A stretch of 64,000 nt of DNA from a bacterium (GTDB taxonomy: Bacteria; Patescibacteriota; Patescibacteriia; Patescibacteriales; UBA12465): assembly GCA_035400585.1 (NCBI GenBank), contig DAOMZR010000001.1:191347-255346 (forward strand), read 5' to 3'. The notes beneath the pieces are model-generated. The model was given only the letters and a program-made list of their open reading frames with translations. It searched no databases and had not been told where the DNA came from. Positions 8,701 through 18,144 of the stretch are shown here, one piece after another. The stretch's first letter is position 1. Each line of letters begins with the position of its first letter. The position numbers and the translations under genes are program-made.

Positions 8701-10758
8701 CTAAAAACTAGTTGTTCCAACTAATATTTCATCTTGTTTATCTTTATCCAGGTCATCAATCATTATTCTTAAGCCAGAAGTAAAATCATTTTCGTAAGCC
8801 ATAAAAGAATTAATATTTTTTCCATCTTTATTGAAAATTTTAACTTCTGGTGATCTGCCTGGTCCAGGAACGGTTATAATTTCCTTTTTTCCATCACCAT
8901 CAACATCGCCGGTTGATATTGAAACACCACCTCTAAAACCTTGCTCATAAGCAAAAAAGCCACCAATAAGAGGTTTGCCATCTTTATTAAAAACTCTAAT
9001 ATGAGGACCACCGCCAACACCAGCTGCTGTTATTATCTCTTGTGTTTTATCACCATCTAAATCCATAACAGCCACTCTAACACCACCTCTAAAATTTTTA
9101 TCATAAGCAAAAAAGCCACCAATAAGAGGTTTGCCATCTTTATTAAAAACTCTAACATGAGGACCACCACCTTGACCAGCACCGGTTATTATTTCTTTTG
9201 TTTTATCACCATCTAAATCAGCCACAGCAAAAGAAATTTCACCAGTAAATTTTCCATCATAAGGTTTAAATTCTTTTATTTTTTGATTGTTTTTGTATAT
9301 GGAAATAATGCCTTTACTGTTAACCAAGGTTTCGTCTTGTCCGTCATTATCTATATCGCTAATAAGTATTTGTGAATTGGCTGGCTGATTATCAATGTAG
9401 GCAAAAAATCCGGAACGACTCTGTTGGCCTTTGCTATTAAAAACTCTGATGAAATCACCATTATTAAAACTACTATTTCTAATTGTAGCAATTGACGAAG
9501 TTCTTTTAAGCAAAACAACAGCGTCATTTGGTTTTATTTTCACAAAATTAATAATAGTTCCATTATTAACAGTTCTGTCTTGTGTTCCGTTTATTTTTTC
9601 AAATTCTTCTTGTTTAAAAACATATACTTGTTCTTTATCGGTTGAATTAAGAATAACCGCTCCATTTTCAAAGTTTCTTCGCCATAAACTATTTTTATAT
9701 ATAGTGTTTCCTTTGTTCAGTAAATCATAAGCATCTGATTGGGCTTTGCCCAAACTAACATCATATTCATCATACCACCAAACCTGGCCATGACTAGAAA
9801 CGTTATAATCAAAACTAAAATAACCATGACTCTCCATCATGGCACTAGCCAAGCCAAATCTCATCTTTTGATAACTTTGCCTGCCATCATAAGAATTAAT
9901 TATAGTCATCTTTGGGTTGTTGTTTTTGTCGCCAATATTAGAATAAGTCGATAAAATACCACTCCAATTACCATTACTCTCCCAAGAAGCAGGAAAGCCT
10001 TCAAACATCACACCATTCAAGAGACTTTGATAGCCATCATAAACTTTGCCATTGCCAACAATTAAGTATTTAGAACCAATCAATTCTCTAGTTTTCTTTA
10101 ACATTTTTTTTACACCTTCTGACCAAGCATAGTTAACATCTTTTATTGAGTCACCCTGTCTATCATTATTAGCATCAAAATCTCCTCGAACCCAAGCTAT
10201 ATCGCCCCAAACATTATCATAAAAAACACCATCCCATAAACCAGTTGAAATTATTTCCCTACTAACAAATTCCGGGAGATAATCATTCCATCTTTGACCA
10301 CGAGAATTAGTACCAGCCCCGTCGGTAATATTTAAAAGATTTGTTCCTTCCCAAAAAGTTGTCCGATAACCGTCTTTGTTTTTTAACCACCAAGAATCAA
10401 CAATGTTATCAACCAATTTTTTTCTTAAAGTAGCGTTATGACTCCATTCGCTAGAATAAATATTAGCATTAGCTTCTTGAGATGTTATGTATGCCAAAAT
10501 TACTATATCGGGATTTAATTCTCTTATTTTTTTTAAATTTTCTCGACTATTAACCTGAACCTCCATGTCTAATACAAGAAGATCCCATTTGGCCAGCTCT
10601 TTCACTTCGTAATCAGCTATAGTCCATTTTAAAAAATAGTTGGCTATTTTAGGATAAATATTTTTTTCATAAACAGCTTCCGTCTTTTGAGGAATTAAAA
10701 AAGTAAAAGCAAAAAGCAATATTAAAAAAATATTTGTTTTTCTTAAATATTTGTTCAT
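8701..10758 (-). CDS. Secreted protein: N-terminal putative glycoside-hydrolase-like TIM-barrel (GHL-type) domain + C-terminal FG-GAP/VCBS repeats
   Basis: Signal peptide 'IFLILLFAFTFLIPQKTEA'. The C-terminal part has 52-aa repeats such as 'GGFFAYDKNFRGGVRVAVMDLDGDKTQEIITAAGVGGGPHIRVFNKDGKPLI'. The N-terminal 'WDLLVLDMEV...' region resembles GHL10/15-type putative hydrolases (weak call). Confidence 0.6.
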   Translation of the reverse strand: MNKYLRKTNIFLILLFAFTFLIPQKTEAVYEKNIYPKIANYFLKWTIADYEVKELAKWDLLVLDMEVQVNSRENLKKIRELNPDIVILAYITSQEANANIYSSEWSHNATLRKKLVDNIVDSWWLKNKDGYRTTFWEGTNLLNITDGAGTNSRGQRWNDYLPEFVSREIISTGLWDGVFYDNVWGDIAWVRGDFDANNDRQGDSIKDVNYAWSEGVKKMLKKTRELIGSKYLIVGNGKVYDGYQSLLNGVMFEGFPASWESNGNWSGILSTYSNIGDKNNNPKMTIINSYDGRQSYQKMRFGLASAMMESHGYFSFDYNVSSHGQVWWYDEYDVSLGKAQSDAYDLLNKGNTIYKNSLWRRNFENGAVILNSTDKEQVYVFKQEEFEKINGTQDRTVNNGTIINFVKIKPNDAVVLLKRTSSIATIRNSSFNNGDFIRVFNSKGQQSRSGFFAYIDNQPANSQILISDIDNDGQDETLVNSKGIISIYKNNQKIKEFKPYDGKFTGEISFAVADLDGDKTKEIITGAGQGGGPHVRVFNKDGKPLIGGFFAYDKNFRGGVRVAVMDLDGDKTQEIITAAGVGGGPHIRVFNKDGKPLIGGFFAYEQGFRGGVSISTGDVDGDGKKEIITVPGPGRSPEVKIFNKDGKNINSFMAYENDFTSGLRIMIDDLDKDKQDEILVGTTSF
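8951..9172. repeat. Intragenic tandem repeat (156-nt period) encoding FG-GAP units
   Basis: A ~66-nt segment, 'gcaaaaaagccaccaataagaggtttgccatctttattaaaaactcta[a/c]..atgaggaccacc', recurs nearly identically starting at 8951 and 9107. Confidence 0.8.
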
Positions 10759-10792
10759 TTCTATATAATTTCCTTTAATTTTTTATCAGTTG

Positions 10793-10821
10793 ATAATAAC
10801 ACATTTATAAAAAAAAGTCAA
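10793..10821 (-). promoter_or_regulatory. Candidate sigma-70 promoter for the FG-GAP protein gene
   Basis: Minus strand reads TTGACT (10821-10816), a 17-nt spacer, then TATTAT (10798-10793), about 35 nt upstream of the ATG at 10758. AT-rich background makes -10-like hexamers common. Confidence 0.3.
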
Positions 10822-10881
10822 CAGAAAACTACTCTTTAGCCTCTGTTTATTATATTAAAAGTGTTTTTTTGGGAATATTGA

Positions 10882-11802
10882 TTAAAAATTTACCTCCATT
10901 AAGCTTATTTCTGGTAAATTTAGAAACCTTAGGGGTAAAGCAACATTACCAATTCCGGGTGTTATAAATAAATTAATATTATTAATATTATAAAAACCTT
11001 TATCGAAACCGTATTCACTAGGTATTATTTTTTTATAAATAATAGGCAATCTTATTTGTCCGGCATGAGTATGTCCAGAAATCATTAAATCTATTTTTTT
11101 TGCATTATTTAGATTTGATACTTCATAAACAGAATCGGGATTATGACTTAATAAAATTCTTAGTGAAGCCCCACTCTCACTATTATCAGAATTTAAAACT
11201 GAGTAATCAGGATTACCAACCCAGATATCGGCTAAGCCAATAAATTCTATTCTTTTGTTGTTAATTTCTAAAACTTTAGTTTTATTATCAATCATTAACA
11301 CTCCTGCTTTTTCGAGAGAAGACGTTATTCTTTGTGAAATATTATTTTCTTCCCTACCATAATCATGATTTCCCAAAACTGCTAATTTAGGAGCTTCTAT
11401 CCTACTTAAAATTGAAAAATAATCATTTAATTTTTCTTCATCAGCAAAATAAACAAAATCACCTGGAATAAGAACTAAATCGGGATTAATCTTATCAATT
11501 TTTTTTACAACCCTATCAAGAATTTTTTTCTCATTATAAACACCAATATGAATATCTGAAAAAATAATTACTTTTAATTTATTATCAGGATTTTCTAAGT
11601 TAAAATTATATTTTTTAGTTATTAACAAATTTGGTTCAATAAATCTAGACCAAATTAAAAATAAACTTATTGTTAATAAAATTATTATTTCAAAAGTTAT
11701 TTTTTTATTTGTTCTTTTTTTTGTTAACCAAATTAACAAAATAATCAGAGGAAAAATTAAGTAGAAGCTATAATATATTAAGCTTAAAAAAACTTTTGTC
11801 AT
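10882..11802 (-). CDS. Membrane-anchored metallophosphoesterase (calcineurin-like, YkuE-type)
   Basis: Two N-terminal TM helices, then the motifs 'IIFSDIHIG', 'IPGDFV', 'LGNHDY' and 'ISGHTHAGQ'. Confidence 0.8.
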   Translation of the reverse strand: MTKVFLSLIYYSFYLIFPLIILLIWLTKKRTNKKITFEIIILLTISLFLIWSRFIEPNLLITKKYNFNLENPDNKLKVIIFSDIHIGVYNEKKILDRVVKKIDKINPDLVLIPGDFVYFADEEKLNDYFSILSRIEAPKLAVLGNHDYGREENNISQRITSSLEKAGVLMIDNKTKVLEINNKRIEFIGLADIWVGNPDYSVLNSDNSESGASLRILLSHNPDSVYEVSNLNNAKKIDLMISGHTHAGQIRLPIIYKKIIPSEYGFDKGFYNINNINLFITPGIGNVALPLRFLNLPEISLMEVNF

Positions 11803-11806
11803 TTAT

Positions 11807-13057
11807 TTATTTCAAGGAAATTTTATCCATACCAGTTGGTAAAAATTTTTTTAAAACATCTGGTATTAAAATACTTCCATCGGATTGTTGGTTTTGTTCT
11901 AAAATGGCTGGTAATAATCTAGAAGTTGCCAAGCCTGATCCATTTAAAGTATGCAAAAAAGCATTTTTTCCATCCTTGTCTTTAAATCTCATATTGCCTC
12001 TTCGACATTGATAATCCAAGGCATTTGAAACTGAACTAACTTCTTTATAAATACCCATACTAGGAATCCAAACCTCTAAATCAATGGTTTTAGCCATAGC
12101 AGAGCTACAATCACCAGCAGCTAAATCGCTTATTTGAAAATGCAAACCAAGTCCTTCAAGAAGTTTTGTGGCTTGACTTTTCATTTCTTCAAAGGCTTTC
12201 CAAGAATCTTCTGGTTTTACATATTGAAACATTTCAATTTTATTAAATTGATGACCGCGAATCATACCTCTTTCCTCCTGGCGATAGCTACCAGCTTCTC
12301 TTCTAAAACAAGGTGAATAGGCAAAATATTTTAAAGGTAAATCCTCTTCTTTCAGTATTTCATCACGATGATAATTCCCCAACATCATCTCGGCGGTTGC
12401 ATTAAGACATAAACCATCTTCAACCCAAAATAAATCATCTCTAAATTTCGGCATGTGGCCAGAAGCATAGGCAGATGCTTCGTTTAATAAAAATGGAGGA
12501 ATTAAAAATGTATAATTGTTCTTTGTATGGAAGTCTATAAAATAATTAAGCAAAGCCCATTCGAGTAGTGCACCTTGACCTTTGTAAGCCCAAAAACCAG
12601 AACCCGACATTTTAACAGCCCTTTTATAATCAATGATGTCAAGATTTTCGGCTAATTCAACATGATCTTTAGGTTTAAAATCAAAATTAGGTTTTTCTTT
12701 AAAAGTGTAAGACACTTTATTGTTTTCTTTACCACCAGCAACAACTTCTGGCGCCACAATATTCGGCAGTGATAACATTTTTTCATTTAATTCTTTTTCT
12801 ACCGATTCTAATTCTTCCTCTAATTTTTTGATATCAAGATTGCTTTGTTTTATTTTTTCTATCGTCTCTTGATCAGGTTTAGCTTTTGATAATTTATTTT
12901 TTTCAGCTTTTAAGCTTTCTACCTTAGGAATCAATTCTTTTCTCTTATCATCCAATAAAACTATTTCATCCAAGCCAAGACTAACCTCTCCTAATCTTTT
13001 CTTAAGAGCTGTTTCAACTTCTTTTCTATCTTCTCTTATTTTTTTAATGTCTAACAT
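11807..13057 (-). CDS. serS: Seryl-tRNA synthetase
   Basis: N-terminal coiled-coil arm 'MLDIKKIREDRKEVETALKKR'. Class II core includes 'FRREAGS' and 'GSGLATSRLLPAILEQ'. Confidence 0.95.
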   Translation of the reverse strand: MLDIKKIREDRKEVETALKKRLGEVSLGLDEIVLLDDKRKELIPKVESLKAEKNKLSKAKPDQETIEKIKQSNLDIKKLEEELESVEKELNEKMLSLPNIVAPEVVAGGKENNKVSYTFKEKPNFDFKPKDHVELAENLDIIDYKRAVKMSGSGFWAYKGQGALLEWALLNYFIDFHTKNNYTFLIPPFLLNEASAYASGHMPKFRDDLFWVEDGLCLNATAEMMLGNYHRDEILKEEDLPLKYFAYSPCFRREAGSYRQEERGMIRGHQFNKIEMFQYVKPEDSWKAFEEMKSQATKLLEGLGLHFQISDLAAGDCSSAMAKTIDLEVWIPSMGIYKEVSSVSNALDYQCRRGNMRFKDKDGKNAFLHTLNGSGLATSRLLPAILEQNQQSDGSILIPDVLKKFLPTGMDKISLK

Positions 13058-13061
13058 ATTT

Positions 13062-14651
13062 TTAATTAATTATTTGCCCACCAAAAGATTTTAAAAGATT
13101 TTCTATGGTTTCATTGGAAGAGCCTAAATTATTACTATTATTATTTAAATTTTCATCAATTAAAGCTTCTATTGATAAATCGCTTTTATAAACATCTTTT
13201 AATATTTTACTGACAATATTTCTTATCTCTGGATTATCCAAACGATCTTTGTGTAATTTATATTTAAACGATAAACAAATTTTGTTATCATTTACTGAAT
13301 TTATCTGACAGGACTGCATTACAAAGGATAGTGAATGATTGTGTGGTTTTAATTTCATTAGAAATTCTGGCCAAAGCTCTAATATTTTATTAAGATTTAA
13401 AGAATTGTTTTCGGTCATTGAAGAATCTAAAGCAATGCTCTCTTTCTCAGTTTTTTTTTCATCTTTTTTTTCATCGCTATTTTCTTTTTTGAAAGATTTT
13501 TCTGAACTAGAGGAAATAATTTTTTTTTCACTAATCAATTTATTTTCTTTATTTAAACTGTTTTCACAGAAATCAATTATGCTTATTTCTATTGGCATCT
13601 GAGGTATGAAATGATTATTTATTTCCCTCAAATTTTCCAAAAATCTTTCACTTAAAAAAATTAAATCATTGATTGAAAATTCTGAGCTTAAATCACTTAT
13701 TTTAATTTCCATTTTTTCCGATAGATCAAGTCCAAGAGTTGTAGATAAGGAATTATTAACCTTTGTTAAAATTATCTTTCTAAGAAGCTCTACTAAATCA
13801 GTCAAAAATAATTTAAGATTTATCCCATTAAAAAAAAGATTGTTTATAAGTTCTATCGCTGATGCACCATCTTTCTTTGATAAGTGTTTTAAAAAATTTA
13901 TATTTTCCTCCAAATTGTTATAAGGTATAACCAAGCTAGCACTGGTCATATCAATTTTTTCATCAGAAATAGACATAATTTGACTAAGCAAGCTCTCAGC
14001 ATCCCTCAAGTGTCCCTCTGATTTAGTTGCAATTAGTTCCAATACTTCCCTGTCAGCTTCTATTTTTTCTTTTTTAAGTATATTCTCTAACTTCAAAATC
14101 ATGTCCGAAGCGCTGATCTTTTTAAAATCAAATCTTTCACAACGAGAAACAATTGTTAATGGAATTTTATAAGCTTCGGTAGTACAAAGTATAAAGATAA
14201 CATTTTTTGGTGGCTCTTCTAATGTTTTTAATAAGGCATTAAAAGCTGACAAAGAAAGCATGTGTACTTCGTCAATTATAAAAACCTTGTATTTATTATC
14301 AGTAGATATTACTCGACTAAGAGAAATAATATTTTCTCTAACATTATCAACACCGGTATTACTAGCAGCATCAATTTCAATAACATCTAAATTACTGAAA
14401 TTATTTATACTATTACAAGCTTCGCAATCATTACATGGTTCATATTCATCCTTTTTTCTTTTTTTACAGTTAATAGACTTAGCTAAAACTCTAGCTAATG
14501 TTGTTTTTCCAACAGCTCTTGGTCCACAAAACAAATAAGCATGCGCAATCTTTTCATGTAAGATTTCGTTTTGTAAGGTAATTTTTATGTTGTTTTGCCC
14601 TAAAATTTCAGAAAATCTTTGAGGCCTATACTTCTGATATAATACTGCCAT
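13062..14651 (-). CDS. dnaX: DNA polymerase III subunit gamma/tau
   Basis: 'LYQKYRPQRFSEILGQ', Walker A 'GPRAVGKTT', Zn module 'CKKRKKDEYEPCNDCEAC', 'IIDEVHMLS' and 'SRCERFDF'. Confidence 0.95.
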   Translation of the reverse strand: MAVLYQKYRPQRFSEILGQNNIKITLQNEILHEKIAHAYLFCGPRAVGKTTLARVLAKSINCKKRKKDEYEPCNDCEACNSINNFSNLDVIEIDAASNTGVDNVRENIISLSRVISTDNKYKVFIIDEVHMLSLSAFNALLKTLEEPPKNVIFILCTTEAYKIPLTIVSRCERFDFKKISASDMILKLENILKKEKIEADREVLELIATKSEGHLRDAESLLSQIMSISDEKIDMTSASLVIPYNNLEENINFLKHLSKKDGASAIELINNLFFNGINLKLFLTDLVELLRKIILTKVNNSLSTTLGLDLSEKMEIKISDLSSEFSINDLIFLSERFLENLREINNHFIPQMPIEISIIDFCENSLNKENKLISEKKIISSSSEKSFKKENSDEKKDEKKTEKESIALDSSMTENNSLNLNKILELWPEFLMKLKPHNHSLSFVMQSCQINSVNDNKICLSFKYKLHKDRLDNPEIRNIVSKILKDVYKSDLSIEALIDENLNNNSNNLGSSNETIENLLKSFGGQIIN

Positions 14652-14657
14652 AATTTA

Positions 14658-16109
14658 TTATCTTGTAGCTCCAGAATAGGTTATCGCTTGCATTATATTC
14701 CAATCTTCTGTAGTTTCTGGTAATTTTTCAAAAATTTCTTTAAAAATTTCAATTCCCTTTTTTTCACTGTTTAAATTTCTGTTTTCTGCTCTCTGTCTTA
14801 AACCGTAGGCCATTATTTTTACGGCTGACATATCATTAACATTATTTTCATTAGCCTCTCTATTATAAACGAGTTCAAACATTTCTCTAGCTCTTAATTC
14901 GGCTTCTTCGTTATAGTTTTCAGGCCAACGACCATTAGCTATTTTTATAGCATCAGCTAATTCTTGCCCACTTTCTGGCAACTTTCCATAAGCATTTTGA
15001 AATGAATGAATAACAGCGGCCCTCTCTCCTTCACCTAATTTTTTAGTATTTTCATCTACTCCATAGGTTACAAAACTATTGATAGCATTTCTGGCTTCTT
15101 CGCTAATTTTACTCATTTCGGTTATTAAAGATTTTAAATGAGTGATTTGAGCTTGCTGTTCTTTAATTATGTTTCTTAATTCTCTAAGTTCATTTAAAAT
15201 TTGTTCTAAATTATTACTTATCAAAAGACTAGCTTTTTCTTCTATTTTTTCTATCATCTGATCGCTTGTGCTTGATTTGCATTCTCCTTCATAAGCGACT
15301 ACTTGACCATATTGTTTTTCAGCAACACAACGATTAGAATATGTTTTACCATTTTTAGCACAAACTGGTGCATATTCTAATGTACAAGCTACAGCCTCTG
15401 TATTTTTATCGGCCAAGGATATTTTTACTTGATTACTGTAAACACCACATTTTCCACCTAAATATTCACAAACTCTAACATAATAAGTTCCGGCACCATC
15501 AAAAGCTTCTAGGGTGTCAGAATTTTTATTTGGCTCTGTAAAATAGTGATATCTATCTTTATCTCTTAAAGGATAGGTTGGCCCTTCATTCTTTGACCAA
15601 ACCACTTTAAATCCTTGATCGGAATAACCATTAGTTATCCAATATATTTTAGAGCCATCCACCTTTAAAGTAATTGAATTTACTCCATCCTCTTCTTCGT
15701 TGTCATCACCTGTGTTAGTTTCTCCTAAATAAACTTTTACTTGATTACTGTAAACACCACATTTTCCACCTAAATATTCGCAAACTCTAACATAGTAGTT
15801 TCCATCGCCTTTAAAAGCTTCTAAAACATCTGAATTTTTATTTGGCTCTGTAAAATAGTGATATTTATCACCGCTCCTTAAAGGATAAGTTGGTCCTTCG
15901 TTTTTTGACCAAACCACTTTAAATCCTTGATCGGAATAACCATTAGTTGTCCAATATATTTTAGATCCATCTGCTTTCAAAGTTATCGATTCCACCTCTC
16001 CGCTGTCTTGTGTTTCATCGACATAAATTGCCCTAGCTTGACTAGCTAAAAAAAGTCCGAAAATGAAAAAAACAGCCAAACCAGAATACATAATTTTTTT
16101 TGTATTCAT
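14658..16109 (-). CDS. Secreted protein with a duplicated ~90-aa Cys-containing domain, a Kazal-type domain and a helical C-terminal region
   Basis: Signal peptide 'GLAVFFIFGLFLASQARA'. Two copies of 'SITLK.DGSKIYW.TNGYSDQGFKVVWSKNEGPTYPLR...YYVRVCEYLGGKCGVYSNQVK'. Kazal-like 'CTLEYAPVCAKNGKTYSNRCVAEKQYGQVVAYEGEC' maps to about 15279-15386. Confidence 0.7.
   Translation of the reverse strand: MNTKKIMYSGLAVFFIFGLFLASQARAIYVDETQDSGEVESITLKADGSKIYWTTNGYSDQGFKVVWSKNEGPTYPLRSGDKYHYFTEPNKNSDVLEAFKGDGNYYVRVCEYLGGKCGVYSNQVKVYLGETNTGDDNEEEDGVNSITLKVDGSKIYWITNGYSDQGFKVVWSKNEGPTYPLRDKDRYHYFTEPNKNSDTLEAFDGAGTYYVRVCEYLGGKCGVYSNQVKISLADKNTEAVACTLEYAPVCAKNGKTYSNRCVAEKQYGQVVAYEGECKSSTSDQMIEKIEEKASLLISNNLEQILNELRELRNIIKEQQAQITHLKSLITEMSKISEEARNAINSFVTYGVDENTKKLGEGERAAVIHSFQNAYGKLPESGQELADAIKIANGRWPENYNEEAELRAREMFELVYNREANENNVNDMSAVKIMAYGLRQRAENRNLNSEKKGIEIFKEIFEKLPETTEDWNIMQAITYSGATR
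15414..15989. repeat. Intragenic tandem duplication (312-nt period) within the Kazal-domain protein gene
   Basis: Long near-identical nucleotide runs, e.g. 'ttttacttgattactgtaaacaccacattttccacctaaatattc', begin at about 15423 and 15735. The protein copies are aa 41-128 and 145-232. Confidence 0.85.
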
Positions 16110-16220
16110 ACACGTTTTAATCTCTTAACCTTAAAAATTAAAAGATTTTAATTAATAATAATTATCTCATTTTTCATTATAACAATTTTAAAAATATACG
16201 TAAAGAAGAAAAAAACTTGT

Positions 16221-16249
16221 TTGACTATAATTATCCTTTAAATTATACT
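16221..16249 (+). promoter_or_regulatory. Candidate sigma-70 promoter for the thioredoxin-fold/DsbD-like gene
   Basis: TTGACT (16221-16226), a 17-nt spacer, then TATACT (16244-16249), 22 nt upstream of the ATG at 16271. Confidence 0.35.
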
Positions 16250-16270
16250 ATAATTATTACAAAAAAATAA

Positions 16271-17422
16271 ATGAAAGAATTTATGAACAAATTGATAAAA
16301 AATTTTTTTATTTTTGCTATATTAGGCTTGATTTTGTTTGGATTTAACACTAATCAAGCAAAAGCCACTAATAAATTTGATCAAAACCAACAAAAAACAG
16401 AAATTCTATTTTTTGGCAGTCCAACTTGTCCTCACTGTTCGGCTGAAAAAGAGTTTTTAAAAAAAATTAGACTAAAATATCCAGATGTAATTATTAAAGA
16501 ATATGAATTTTCTAAAAATTTAGATTTAATAGAAGGATTGTATAACGAACATCAAGTAGCTCAAGGACAAAGAGGTTTAGTCCCAGCAACTTTTATAAAT
16601 GGTACTTTTTTTCTTGGTTTCAATGAAAATACTGGAAAAGAAATAGAAAAGCAAATTCAAGGACTAGAAGTTCAGGGATCAACATCCATGATAAAAATAC
16701 CTTTCGTAGGAGAAGTTGATGTTTTTAAATATTCCATGCCAGTACTAGCCATAATACTAGGAGTTATAGATGGATTTAATGTTTGTTCATTGGGAGCATT
16801 GGTTATAATTTTAGGCTTAGTAATGATTTTAAGATCCAGAAAAAGAATATTATTCTTAGGAGGAACTTTTATTTTAGTAACAGCCCTAACTTATGGCCTC
16901 TTAATCTTTTTGTGGCATCAATTTTTTGTATTTATTTCACCCTACATTAAAATCATGGAAATACTTATAGCCTTGCTTTCTATTGTTGGCGGAATATATC
17001 TTTTAAGAGAATTTATAAAATCTTTAAAGGAAGGACCCAATTGTTCTTCTGGTGGAATAATCGCCAAACTTAGTCCTAAGGTAGAAAAAATATTTGCCAA
17101 TAAAAAAAGTTTAATTATTTTACTAGGAGTTGTTGCTCTTTTTGCTCTAGCAATAACTATAATTGAGTTTCCTTGTTCCGCTTTTTTACCAATGCTTTTT
17201 GCCAGTCTACTAGCAGAAAGTCAATTTAATTTAGGAACAAGTATAACATACATGGCTTTGTTTCTTTTGTTTTACATGCTAGACGAAATTATTATATTTT
17301 TAGTAGCGTTTTTTACTTTAAGAATAAAAATTATATCACCTAAATTTGTAAATGCTTTTAATTTAATAGCTGCTCTTATTTTCTTATTCCTGGGTTGTTT
17401 TTATCTAGCTAGAATATTTTAA
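16271..17422 (+). CDS. Thioredoxin-fold (CxxC) domain fused to a DsbD/CcdA-like polytopic membrane domain (thiol:disulfide electron transfer)
   Basis: Signal/TM segment, then 'FFGSPTCPHCSAEKEFL'. The membrane part has conserved Cys in TM segments, 'DGFNVCSLGAL' and 'EFPCSAFLP'. Confidence 0.65.
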   Translation: MKEFMNKLIKNFFIFAILGLILFGFNTNQAKATNKFDQNQQKTEILFFGSPTCPHCSAEKEFLKKIRLKYPDVIIKEYEFSKNLDLIEGLYNEHQVAQGQRGLVPATFINGTFFLGFNENTGKEIEKQIQGLEVQGSTSMIKIPFVGEVDVFKYSMPVLAIILGVIDGFNVCSLGALVIILGLVMILRSRKRILFLGGTFILVTALTYGLLIFLWHQFFVFISPYIKIMEILIALLSIVGGIYLLREFIKSLKEGPNCSSGGIIAKLSPKVEKIFANKKSLIILLGVVALFALAITIIEFPCSAFLPMLFASLLAESQFNLGTSITYMALFLLFYMLDEIIIFLVAFFTLRIKIISPKFVNAFNLIAALIFLFLGCFYLARIF

Positions 17423-17488
17423 TCTTGATTTTAATTTAAAAATATTGTAGAGTAGTAAGTTCTCAAGAACCTTAAAAATAGAATAGTA

Positions 17489-18040
17489 ATGAAAAATCTG
17501 AAAAGAAAGATTGCTTTGTTTTTGGAGTGTTTTTTAAATTGGAAGATTAAAGCAGATATTGATTACGATATCGAAAAAACACATATTTACTTTTGCTTAT
17601 CTTTCGGTTATCAGAAAAACAATCCAGGAACAAGTAATCAAGAATTAGCTCTTTTTTTGGAAAAATATTATTTACAAAAAAGAGCGATAATAGTTGCACA
17701 AAAAGAAATAGCTGAGGTTTTACCAGAAGTATTAGTAAATTTTGTAATCAGCAAACATCAAAAAAGCGACAAATACTTAGATACTTTTGAAGTTTGCCGG
17801 CAATGCTTCAATTATTGTAGAGATATAAATTTGAAAAAAATTTTAATTTTTGTTCACCCTCATCACGTCTGGAGAACAAAAAAAACTTTAGAAAAATTTG
17901 GCATGGATGTTTTCGTAGCTGACACCACTGGTTGTCCATATGATCCCGAATCAGCACAAATATGGACCAGAACAAAATTGTTTTTTATACCCAGGGAGCT
18001 GCTTACAAGATTGTACTATCTTTTTTCTGGAAAAATTTGA
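17489..18040 (+). CDS. Hypothetical protein, weak DUF218 (YdcF/ElyC)-like
   Basis: 'GTSNQELALFLEKYY' and 'ILIFVHPHHVWRTKKTLEKFGMDV' resemble the DUF218 S..A / 'LVTS..H..R' layout. Tentative. Confidence 0.35.
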   Translation: MKNLKRKIALFLECFLNWKIKADIDYDIEKTHIYFCLSFGYQKNNPGTSNQELALFLEKYYLQKRAIIVAQKEIAEVLPEVLVNFVISKHQKSDKYLDTFEVCRQCFNYCRDINLKKILIFVHPHHVWRTKKTLEKFGMDVFVADTTGCPYDPESAQIWTRTKLFFIPRELLTRLYYLFSGKI

Positions 18041-18048
18041 ATGTAATT

Positions 18049-18075
18049 AAACCTAATTTTTATTAGGTTTTTTTA
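18049..18075 (+). terminator. Rho-independent terminator
   Basis: 'aaacctaat-tttt-attaggttt' is followed by a T-run, just after the stop at 18040. Confidence 0.6.
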
Positions 18076-18144
18076 TTAATATTTGATTTTTACTATAAAA
18101 TAATAAATACTATAGATATAAAAAAGATTTACAAATCTAAATTT

